From an uncultured bacterium (GTDB lineage Bacteria > Vulcanimicrobiota > Vulcanimicrobiia > Vulcanimicrobiales > Vulcanimicrobiaceae), in assembly GCA_964483365.1 (NCBI GenBank), contig CAZABL010000006.1, positions 6,859-70,858 of the forward strand: a stretch of DNA of 64,000 nt. The letters run 5' to 3'. Made by a program: the position numbers and the translations under genes. Positions 45,583-52,876 of this stretch are shown piece after piece (the stretch's first letter is position 1; the number at the start of each line of letters is the position of its first letter). The notes under the pieces were generated by a model that was not told the DNA's origin, did no database searches, and saw nothing but the letters and a program-made list of their open reading frames with translations.

Positions 45583-46896
45583 CTATACCTTTCCGGCGCC
45601 AACCGGAGCGCGCGCCGGGTGCGACGGATCGACCAGGTCGTCGTCGTCTTCCGCTTCACCCGTGAAGACCGCGAGCAGCTCGCCGGCGATCGGCGAGAAG
45701 CTCGACATGTGCCGCTTGAGCAAGCTCGCGAAGCCGTCCGAGAAGTGCTCTTTCCCCTTCTCGAGCGGGAGATCGATGCGCTGATTCTTGGCGGGATCGC
45801 GCATCACGTTGAGCGGATCCTCGCCGGCCTCCATCTTCTTGAGCTCGCGCAGCAGCATGCGGCGGTAGAGCGTCACGCCGCGGTCGCCGGCACCGAGCGC
45901 CTCGCGCGTGCGATCGGCGATCGGGCCTTGCGTCACCCACGCCATGATGTCTTGCGCGTGGATGTACTCGAGCATGTACTCGCCGTTGGCGTCCTTGATC
46001 GGCGGCTCGTAAGCCGGGACGTTCTCGAGCAGGTGCTTGGGAACGCGCGCGCCGATCGGCGGCATGTACGCGTGATACCAGTAGTGCATCGTGTGCGTGT
46101 CGTCGACCGGCACACGAATTTGGAAGACGTACTGCTGCCACAATCCGCCGCCGCTGCCGACGGCGAGCGTCGTCGGGAAGACGACCGGGTGTCCGACCTT
46201 CCAGTCGTCGCTGTCTTCCGATTGTCCGACGAGCAGACGGCGCTTGATGATCCCGTACTCGAACTCGTCGAAGGCGATCTTCGCATGATGCTTGCTGATC
46301 GCGACCTGCACGCCGTCGCGCTCGCGCAGAAACTCGTAGAGCCGCCCGTGGAGCCACTCGGTGTGGAGCGGATCGACGGAGTTCTCCATGATCTGCAGCC
46401 AGTTGCACGGGATGACGGCCTTGCCGACGTGACGGATCGTGCCCTCGACAACGAAGCCGTCCCAGCGCGGCAGCAGCGGCGCTGGCTGCGGGCCCAGATA
46501 CGCCCAGGCCAGCCCGCCGAGAATCTGCACCGGGTAGGCCGCAGTCGTGATGCGGTCCTTGAACGTGCTGCCCTCGGGCTCGTTGGGCTGTTCGATGCAC
46601 TGGCCGGTGCCGTCGAACTTCCAGCCGTGATACGGACAGCGCAGCCCGTCGGTCTCGGGGATCCCGTACGCGAGCGAGGCGCGGCGATGCGGGCAGAACT
46701 CGGCGATGAGCCCGTATGCGCCCGAGCGATCGCGGTAGAGGACCAGATCTTCGCCGAGCACGCGGACGCGCATCGTCCAGCGGTCGCCGAGCTCGGAGAT
46801 CGCCGCGACGGGGTGCCAATAGCGTCGCAGCAAAGCCCCCATCCGCGTCCCCGGTCCGACCCGGGTCAGCAGCTCATTTTCTTCGGCCGTCAGCAT
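45583..46896 (-). CDS. Rieske [2Fe-2S] oxygenase alpha-only subunit, Rieske-3 (paralog of Rieske-2)
   Basis: ATG 46896 follows GGAAGGAG, inside ORF 45583..46923. It has CPHRRASLAYGIPETDGLRCPYHGWKF. By eye it is about two-thirds identical to 40154..41455. Confidence 0.9.
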   Translation of the reverse strand: MLTAEENELLTRVGPGTRMGALLRRYWHPVAAISELGDRWTMRVRVLGEDLVLYRDRSGAYGLIAEFCPHRRASLAYGIPETDGLRCPYHGWKFDGTGQCIEQPNEPEGSTFKDRITTAAYPVQILGGLAWAYLGPQPAPLLPRWDGFVVEGTIRHVGKAVIPCNWLQIMENSVDPLHTEWLHGRLYEFLRERDGVQVAISKHHAKIAFDEFEYGIIKRRLLVGQSEDSDDWKVGHPVVFPTTLAVGSGGGLWQQYVFQIRVPVDDTHTMHYWYHAYMPPIGARVPKHLLENVPAYEPPIKDANGEYMLEYIHAQDIMAWVTQGPIADRTREALGAGDRGVTLYRRMLLRELKKMEAGEDPLNVMRDPAKNQRIDLPLEKGKEHFSDGFASLLKRHMSSFSPIAGELLAVFTGEAEDDDDLVDPSHPARAPVGAGKV

Positions 46897-46990
46897 CCGC
46901 GCAACGCTCCTTCCGCGCTTCAACGCTAACCGAACGAACCGATGCGTTCAACGGCACGCACCGCAACGACCGATGCGCCCTGCGCAACAA

Positions 46991-47398
46991 TCAGAGGTGT
47001 CCGCGGCAGTCCTTACAACGGCCGCGCAACGTCACGTCGGCATCGCTGACCTCGGCCTCGAGCCGCTGCGCTGCGATGTGCAGCGCGCGCGGCGAGATCA
47101 CCAGATCGACGTCGCACATCCGCCCGCACGCCTCGCAGACGAAGTGGCCGTGCTTCTTGCCCGTCGGTTCGTAGAACGCACCGCCGACACCCGGGACGTG
47201 GACTTCCTCGAGCAAATGCAAATCGCGCAGACGAACGACCGCTCGGTAAACCGTCGCGAAACCGATACCCGGCTGACGTTCCCGTGCACGCGTGTAGAGA
47301 TCGCCGATGCGTACGTGCGCGCCGGTAGCGCCCTGCTCGCGCACGATCTCGTAGACGAGCTCGTAGTTCTTGGGCAGGTGCCAAGCGTGTGAAGCCAT
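46991..47398 (-). CDS. Fur-family metalloregulator
   Basis: ATG 47398 (MASHAWHLPKNYELVYEIV) lies inside ORF 46991..47428. It has a wHTH and two CxxC pairs (CEAC, CKDC). Confidence 0.8.
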   Translation of the reverse strand: MASHAWHLPKNYELVYEIVREQGATGAHVRIGDLYTRARERQPGIGFATVYRAVVRLRDLHLLEEVHVPGVGGAFYEPTGKKHGHFVCEACGRMCDVDLVISPRALHIAAQRLEAEVSDADVTLRGRCKDCRGHL

Positions 47399-47412
47399 CG
47401 TACGTAGCTCCC

Positions 47413-47441
47413 TTGCACAGTATATCATCGCGCACTATCAT
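47413..47441 (+). promoter_or_regulatory. Putative promoter with duplicated TATCAT (possible Fur-family operator) upstream of the rhodanese gene
   Basis: TTGCAC (47413..47418), a 17-nt spacer, then TATCAT (47436..47441). A second TATCAT lies at 47423..47428. The element overlaps the 5' end of the divergent Fur gene region. Confidence 0.3.
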
Positions 47442-47590
47442 GACGGAGAGCAACTGATCGTCGCTTTCACTTGACGACATCGGTGTGCGGGGGGTGCGAT
47501 CTCGCCGTCGTCCCAGCGAGTTTCCGCTCGTCGTGCGTGACGGCTGGGTCCTCGTGCGCGTTCCGCCACGCACGCGGAGGAGGGTGCGCC

Positions 47591-47974
47591 GTGCAGCTTG
47601 GCATCACGATCTCACTCGGTGAGCTCGCCGCGGCGGCGGACGATCCGCGCATCCTCGTGCTCGACGTGCGCACGCGCGATCAGCGCGCAGCGCGACCGCT
47701 CGACGAGGGAGCCTTCACCGTCGTCTGCGCGCCGCCGGAAGCGCTCTCGTCGAACCTGCTCCGGGTCGCGACGCTCGTCGGCGCGCGCCACGTCGTGGTC
47801 GTCGACGATCAGGAGAGCGGCGCGGTCGCGGCGGCGCGGCTGCTCCGTACGGTCGAGGTCGACTGCGCCGCATTGGAAGGCGGGCTCGGCGGTTGGACCG
47901 CCTTCTGTTGCACGCAACAGCCGTGCGTTCGGCTTCCGACTTGTGTGGGAAACGATGGTCCGGAGGTTGTGTGA
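47591..47974 (+). CDS. Rhodanese-like domain protein
   Basis: GTG 47591 follows GGAGGAGGG, inside ORF 47471..47974. It has ILVLDVRT...VVVVDD...ALEGGLGGW, a single-domain rhodanese layout. I could not identify an active-site Cys loop with confidence. Confidence 0.6.
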   Translation: MQLGITISLGELAAAADDPRILVLDVRTRDQRAARPLDEGAFTVVCAPPEALSSNLLRVATLVGARHVVVVDDQESGAVAAARLLRTVEVDCAALEGGLGGWTAFCCTQQPCVRLPTCVGNDGPEVV

Positions 47975-48132
47975 TGCAACAGGTCCTCGTCGAGCTGATC
48001 GGAGTCATTCTGGTGCTCTCGCTGCTCGGGTTCATCGTCGTCGTCGGCCACCACGTCGGCGTCTCGACGGCGCCCGCGATCGGTCCCGACGACCCGGAAG
48101 CGCGCGAGGGCAGCACGCGTAGCGCACACTAG
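47974..48132 (+). CDS. Small single-pass membrane protein (52 aa), hypothetical
   Basis: ATG 47974 shares a base with the rhodanese stop (TGATG) and lies 7 nt after GGAGG (47962..47966). The product is MQQVLVELIGVILVLSLLGFIVVVGHH... Confidence 0.35.
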   Translation: MQQVLVELIGVILVLSLLGFIVVVGHHVGVSTAPAIGPDDPEAREGSTRSAH

Positions 48133-51100
48133 CTAGTGGAAGTTCCTCGCCCGCACGTTCTTCGTCGTCGGTTCGGCGAGGCTGAACTGCCAGCAGCGCT
48201 TCATGATCACGTCGATGCAGCCGGACTCTTTCTGGAGCACGCCTTCGACGATCAGGCAGTGTGAGCCGCGGATCACGCGGCGGTTGCGCTCGTAGACGTC
48301 GGGACGGACGATCACGTTGACGAGCCCCGTCTCGTCCTCGATCGTGAGGAACACGAAGCCCTTCGCGGTCCCCGGGCGCTGGCGCGTAATGACCAGTCCG
48401 CCGATCTTGCAGACCAAGTTCTTCGGCATCGTGGGGAGACGGCTGGCGCACAGCACGTTCTGCGCGTCGAGCTGCGGGCGGAAATGCGCGATCGCTTGCA
48501 CATCGCTCACCCCGGTCGCGCGAATGTCGAGCGCCGTCGTCTCGACCGCCGAGAGCGCGAGAAAACGCGGCTGCGGCTCGTTCTCGATCTCCATCGCACG
48601 CCCGAGCTCGCCGCGCGCCTCGCGTTCGTCGAGCCCGCGCAGCGCCCACATCGCTTCGCGCCGCGTCGCATACCATGGTGCGAACGCCCCAGCGGCGGCG
48701 AGGTTCTCGAGCGCCTCGCGCTCGAGCGCGGTCCGCCGCGCGAAGTCGAGCAGATCGGCGAACTCGCCGTCGCCGAGCGCGCGCTCGAGCCGCGTGCGCT
48801 GCACCTCGCCCATCCCGCGCACGAGATGAAAGCCGAGCCGCAGCGCGCCGTCACCGTCAACGAAGCTCCACCACTCGCTCTCGTTGACGGTGATCGGCTT
48901 GACGTTCACCCCGTGACGGCGTGCATCGTTGACGAGCACCTCCGTCGAATAGAAGCCCATCGGCTGGACGTTGAGGATCGCGGCGCAGAAGATCGCCGGC
49001 TCGTGACACTTCACGTACGCTGACGCGTACGCGAGCAGCGCGAACGAGGCGGCGTGCGACTCGGGGAAGCCGTAGTCGGCGAACCCTTGGAGCATATGGA
49101 AGAGCCGGTCGGCGTCGTCGCGCGAGATCCCGTTGGCGATCATCCCTTCGACCAGCCGCGGATAGATCTGCGCCATGCGCTCGCGCGAGCGTTTATGTCC
49201 CATTGCGCGCCGCAGCCGGTCGGCCTCGCCGGCGGAGAAGCCCGCGGTCTCCATCGCCATGCGCATCCCTTGCTCTTGGAACAACGGGACGCCGAGCGTG
49301 CGCTTGAGAATCGGCTCGAGTTTGGGATGCGGATAGGTCACCGGCTCTTGCCCGTTGCGCCGGCGTAGGAACGGGTGGATCATGTCCCCTTGGATCGGCC
49401 CAGGGCGAATGATCGCGACCTGCATGACGATGTCGTAGAAGCGTTCGGGCCGTAAGCGCGGGAGCATCGACATCTGCGCGCGCGACTCGACCTGAAAAAC
49501 GCCGATCGAGTCTGCGCGCTGCAGCATCTCGTACGTTGGGCGGTCGTCCGCCGGGATATTCCCGAGCGCGAGCGATTCGCGCTCGGGATAGCGTCGCCGG
49601 TAGAGCGCGAACGCGTCGCGCAGCAGCGAGAGCATTCCCAGTCCCAGCAAGTCGATCTTGATCAAACCGAGGTCGGAGAGATCGTCCTTGTCCCATTGCA
49701 CGATCGTGCGATCGCGCATCGACGCCCACTCGATCGGCGCGACCTCGACCAGCGGTGAGCGCGTGATCACCATCCCGCCGCTGTGAATCCCCATGTGCCG
49801 CGGAAAGCCGTTGATCCGCCGGCACAGCGCCATCAGCAGCGCACCGAGCTCGCCGCCGACCGGCCCGCGCAGGTGCGTGTCGGGGTCGCGCGCCGTGCCG
49901 TCGTCCGCATCCTGGAATCCCGGCACGAGCGCCGGCATGCGTGAGTGATACACGTTCGAGGCCGCATCGAGGTCGCGCCGCTCGACGATCGACTCCGGGA
50001 GCGCCGCCTGCTCGACGTGCTCGGTCCCCAGCGCACCGGCGAGCGATTCGCGCGCGTCGTACTCGCGCACGATCGCGTCGACTTGCCCGAGCGTGAGTCC
50101 GAGCGCCTTGCCGATGTCGCGAATCGCCGAGCGCGTGCGGTACGTGATCACCTCGGCCGTCATCGCGGCGTGCTCGCGTCCGTAGCGTTTGTAGACGTAC
50201 TGGATCACCTGCTCGCGATCTTGGTGCGCGAAGTCGATGTCGATATCGGGGACCTCGCCGCGCTCTTCGGAGAGGAAGCGCTCGAAGAGCAGTTCGCCGC
50301 CGACGGGATCGATCGCGGTGATCCCCAGCGCGTAGCAGACCGCCGAGTTCGCCGCGCTGCCGCGGCCTTGCGCGAGCACGCCCAAGCGCTCGGCTTCGTT
50401 CGTGATGTCCCAGACGATCAGAAAGTACCCGGCGAGATCCATCCGTGCGATCACGCCGAGCTCGTATTCCAATTGCCGTTCGACCTTGGAGTCGAGCGGC
50501 AATCCATAGCGCCGCTTCGCACCTTCGTACACCAGCGTGCGCAGGTACGACTGCGCCGACGTCTCGTTCTGCGGGATCGGGAAGAGCGGAAACTCGCCGG
50601 CGAGGGTCGCGAGCCGGAACGTGCATTGCTCGGCGATCGCGACGGTATTGCGGATCGCGAGCGGAAACTCGGCGAACAGCCGCATCATCTGCGCTGGTGA
50701 TTTGAGCTGGTGCTCGTGGTTGGGTCGCAGCAGATTCCCCGCGTCGTGCAGGCGTGCGCCGTACTTCACGCAGGTGAGCACGTCGGCGAGCAGCGCGTCC
50801 TCACGCGTTGCGTACGCGACGCCGTTGGTCGCAACGTACGGCAGATCGACGCGCTCTCCCAAACGCACGAGCGCGCGCACGAGCGCCGCGTCCTCGGGAC
50901 GAACGTGGTGCTGCAGCTCGAGGTAGAAGCGTCCCGGGAAGAGATCGCGCAGCTGCGCAGCGAGCGCGACGGCCGCGTCGCCATCGCGTCGTAACAGCGC
51001 CTTCTCGATCAGCCCGTTGCGCCCGCCGGAGAGCGCGATGAGCCCGTCGGTCCGCCCCTCGAGATCCTCGAGCCGCAAGCGCGCGTCACGTTTGCGCCCG

Positions 51101-51474
51101 CGCAGCTGCGCCGCGGAGATCAGCCGCGCGAGATTCCCGTAGCCGCGCTTGTCTTGTGCGAGCAGCACCAGCCGCGGTGTGTCGGTCGGAACCTCTTTGG
51201 CGGGCCGCGCCGGACGCCCGGGCTTGATCGGCGGCGAGGCCTCGGAGTCCAGGGTCAGCTCGGCGCCACAGATCGCCGCGAACTGCGGGTGTGTGGCGGC
51301 GGCGTGCTTGGCGAACCGGACCGCCCCGTACAAGCCGTCCCGATCGGTCAACGCGACCCCCGTCAGCCCGAGCCGCAGCGCCTCCTCGACGAGCTCCTCG
51401 GGGTGCGAGGACCCCTCCAGGAAGCTGAAGTTCGACCAGCAGTGGAGCTCGGCGTACGCGGGCGAGGCGGGCAT
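48133..51474 (-). CDS. dnaE2: Error-prone DNA polymerase III alpha subunit DnaE2 (ImuC)
   Basis: ATG 51474 lies inside ORF 48133..51516. The N-terminus MPASPAYAELHCWSNFSFLEGSSHPEELV is the characteristic DnaE2 PHP-domain start. The product is about 1110 aa. Confidence 0.9.
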   Translation of the reverse strand: MPASPAYAELHCWSNFSFLEGSSHPEELVEEALRLGLTGVALTDRDGLYGAVRFAKHAAATHPQFAAICGAELTLDSEASPPIKPGRPARPAKEVPTDTPRLVLLAQDKRGYGNLARLISAAQLRGRKRDARLRLEDLEGRTDGLIALSGGRNGLIEKALLRRDGDAAVALAAQLRDLFPGRFYLELQHHVRPEDAALVRALVRLGERVDLPYVATNGVAYATREDALLADVLTCVKYGARLHDAGNLLRPNHEHQLKSPAQMMRLFAEFPLAIRNTVAIAEQCTFRLATLAGEFPLFPIPQNETSAQSYLRTLVYEGAKRRYGLPLDSKVERQLEYELGVIARMDLAGYFLIVWDITNEAERLGVLAQGRGSAANSAVCYALGITAIDPVGGELLFERFLSEERGEVPDIDIDFAHQDREQVIQYVYKRYGREHAAMTAEVITYRTRSAIRDIGKALGLTLGQVDAIVREYDARESLAGALGTEHVEQAALPESIVERRDLDAASNVYHSRMPALVPGFQDADDGTARDPDTHLRGPVGGELGALLMALCRRINGFPRHMGIHSGGMVITRSPLVEVAPIEWASMRDRTIVQWDKDDLSDLGLIKIDLLGLGMLSLLRDAFALYRRRYPERESLALGNIPADDRPTYEMLQRADSIGVFQVESRAQMSMLPRLRPERFYDIVMQVAIIRPGPIQGDMIHPFLRRRNGQEPVTYPHPKLEPILKRTLGVPLFQEQGMRMAMETAGFSAGEADRLRRAMGHKRSRERMAQIYPRLVEGMIANGISRDDADRLFHMLQGFADYGFPESHAASFALLAYASAYVKCHEPAIFCAAILNVQPMGFYSTEVLVNDARRHGVNVKPITVNESEWWSFVDGDGALRLGFHLVRGMGEVQRTRLERALGDGEFADLLDFARRTALEREALENLAAAGAFAPWYATRREAMWALRGLDEREARGELGRAMEIENEPQPRFLALSAVETTALDIRATGVSDVQAIAHFRPQLDAQNVLCASRLPTMPKNLVCKIGGLVITRQRPGTAKGFVFLTIEDETGLVNVIVRPDVYERNRRVIRGSHCLIVEGVLQKESGCIDVIMKRCWQFSLAEPTTKNVRARNFH

Positions 51475-51491
51475 CGGACAGCCACGATACC

Positions 51492-51505
51492 CGAACAGGT
51501 GTTCG
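51492..51505. promoter_or_regulatory. Cheo/actinobacterial-type LexA (SOS) box
   Basis: CGAACAGGTGTTCG is a perfect CGAAC-N4-GTTCG palindrome, 17 nt upstream of the dnaE2 ATG. Confidence 0.6.
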
Positions 51506-51542
51506 ATTTCCCGCACGAAAACGACCGATGAGCGGAAACGGT

Positions 51543-51568
51543 GAGGGCCCCGCCGTTCCGGGGCCCTC
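51543..51568. terminator. Orphan GC-rich hairpin
   Basis: GAGGGCCCCG-ccgttc-CGGGGCCCTC forms a perfect 10-bp stem. It lies between the dnaE2 promoter region and the XRE promoter. No gene ends next to it on either strand. Confidence 0.35.
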
Positions 51569-51667
51569 GGTGTCTGTTCATCGATCTTCCGAGGACCTGA
51601 TCCCCATCTTCGCCGGGCACCTCACGCCCGGGAGACCTCCGATTTGTCGCACTCTGGGACTCAGAGG

Positions 51668-51695
51668 TTGACGTATATGAATCTTCTGTGATTCA
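51668..51695 (+). promoter_or_regulatory. Putative promoter/operator of the XRE gene
   Basis: This is a locally AT-rich stretch. TTGACG (51668..51673) is followed by the perfect dyad TGAATC-ttctgt-GATTCA (51678..51695). Confidence 0.35.
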
Positions 51696-51729
51696 ATTAT
51701 GGCGTAACCTCTGCCTGGGAGAACTGACC

Positions 51730-52128
51730 ATGCCCATCAGCACACCAAATCAAGCGCGCGCCCCAGCGCTGGAGGCTCTACGTGCAAACGTCATCGTCGG
51801 GCGGGCCCGAGCCCGCCTCTCACAAGAAGGGCTCGCGGCTCGCGCCGGCATCTCCCGCCCAACGGTATCCCGCATCGAGCGAGGAGTTGCTGATGATGTC
51901 GGACTCGACGTCATCCAGCGAATCGCCGACGCGCTCGACGTCCCCGTCGCCGAGCTCTTCGTTCTCCCGAGCAGCACGCGCGTGGACGATGCTGAGCTCG
52001 CTCGCCGTTCCGACGCTGCCGACGAAGAGTTCGTCGACGCAGACGCCCTCCTCGACGCCGTCGACGAGGCCGCGGAACGACCGCCCGAGCGATACTCTCG
52101 AGCCGGACGACCGCCCGTGGCGCGTTAA
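51730..52128 (+). CDS. XRE-family helix-turn-helix protein (antitoxin-like)
   Basis: ATG 51730 follows GGGAGAA, inside ORF 51688..52128. The HTH is ARLSQEGLAARAGISRPTVSRIERG, followed by an acidic C-terminal tail. Confidence 0.8.
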   Translation: MPISTPNQARAPALEALRANVIVGRARARLSQEGLAARAGISRPTVSRIERGVADDVGLDVIQRIADALDVPVAELFVLPSSTRVDDAELARRSDAADEEFVDADALLDAVDEAAERPPERYSRAGRPPVAR

Positions 52129-52370
52129 GCTCCATCGCGAGGTCGCGAAGCTCGTCGCGAGATTCGGCGTCGACAGCGACGCGTTCCGACCGACGATCGG
52201 CGATCTGATTGCGGAGCTCGAGACCGACCCGAAGCAGTTCCCAAAGAAGAAAGGCAAACTCAAGGATGCACGCTCGGCGGATGTCTCTCGACGAGGATGC
52301 CAAGGTCGTAAAGGTGCTCTCGCTCGCACCGCACGACGTTGCGTATGAGGAAGCTAAACGCCGACTCTAA
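52118..52370 (+). pseudogene. Decayed RelE/ParE-like toxin gene
   Basis: The frame-1 segment reads WRVKLHREVAKLVARFGVDSDAFRPTIGDLIAELETDPKQFPKKKGKLKDARSA. It has no usable start codon. Near 52275 it shifts to a second frame reading RRMSLDEDAKVVKVLSLAPHDVAYEEAKRRL, which ends at TAA 52368..52370 inside the terminator loop. Confidence 0.4.
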
Positions 52371-52389
52371 GCCGGCGTTTTCATTTCTT
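52356..52389 (+). terminator. Rho-independent terminator
   Basis: AAACGCCG-actctaagc-CGGCGTTT forms an 8-bp stem and runs into the T-tract TTTTCATTTCTT. Confidence 0.6.
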
Positions 52390-52420
52390 GAACGAACTCC
52401 GATTGTCGAAGGCCACCGTC

Positions 52421-52876
52421 ATGACCGCACTAATGGCCGGAGCGATTGCCGGCGCAACGGGGACCTCTGCGCTTAACATCGTCGGGTACGGCGACATGGC
52501 GGTGCGCGGGCGTCCGGCGAGTCGCGTCCCCGACGCGGTCGCAAAGATCCTCGCTGCACGCCTCGGTATCGACCTCGACGCCAACCGCGCTGAAGGCATT
52601 GGGATGTTACTCGGTTACACCGACGGACTGGCGTTTGGGATCGGCTATGGTTTGCTGCGCACGCTGCCCGGGCTGCGCGACGTGCCCTGGCCGGTCGGTG
52701 GCATAGCGCTTGGGCTTGCGACGCTTGCACCCGAGTTCGTCGCGGCGGCGCTTGGTGCGACCGACCCGCGACGGTGGGGCGTCGTTGGGTGGCTCGAGGG
52801 ACTGTTCCCGCGCGCCGCCTACGGCCTGGTTACGGCGGCGACGTATGAAGCCATCGCCGCTAAAGACGGGGACTAG
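52421..52876 (+). CDS. Hypothetical Gly/Ala-rich membrane protein
   Basis: ATG 52421 lies inside ORF 52388..52876; the TTG at 52388 would sit in the terminator T-tract. It has several hydrophobic segments. I recognise no family. Confidence 0.5.
   Translation: MTALMAGAIAGATGTSALNIVGYGDMAVRGRPASRVPDAVAKILAARLGIDLDANRAEGIGMLLGYTDGLAFGIGYGLLRTLPGLRDVPWPVGGIALGLATLAPEFVAAALGATDPRRWGVVGWLEGLFPRAAYGLVTAATYEAIAAKDGD

Noticed and set aside
46938-46977. A direct repeat of ACCGATGCG, 31 nt apart, upstream of the Rieske-3 operon
   Set aside because: It is only a 9-mer occurring twice in GC-rich DNA, which is too short to separate from chance without a genome-wide motif count. I note it only as a possible regulator site.
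48125-48140. The CTAGCTAG palindrome at the rhodanese-operon/dnaE2 junction
   Set aside because: It is simply two abutting convergent stop codons (TAG on each strand). It has no flanking stem and does not recur.
51475-51516. The longer dnaE2 start at GTG 51516
   Set aside because: It would add the atypical leader MREIEHLFGYRGCP and would place the perfect SOS-box palindrome inside the coding sequence. ATG 51474 gives the canonical DnaE2 N-terminus.
51517-51730. imuA/imuB genes upstream of dnaE2
   Set aside because: Only about 210 nt of non-coding DNA separate dnaE2 from an unrelated plus-strand XRE gene. No ImuB (Y-family-like) or ImuA/RecA-like frame is present.
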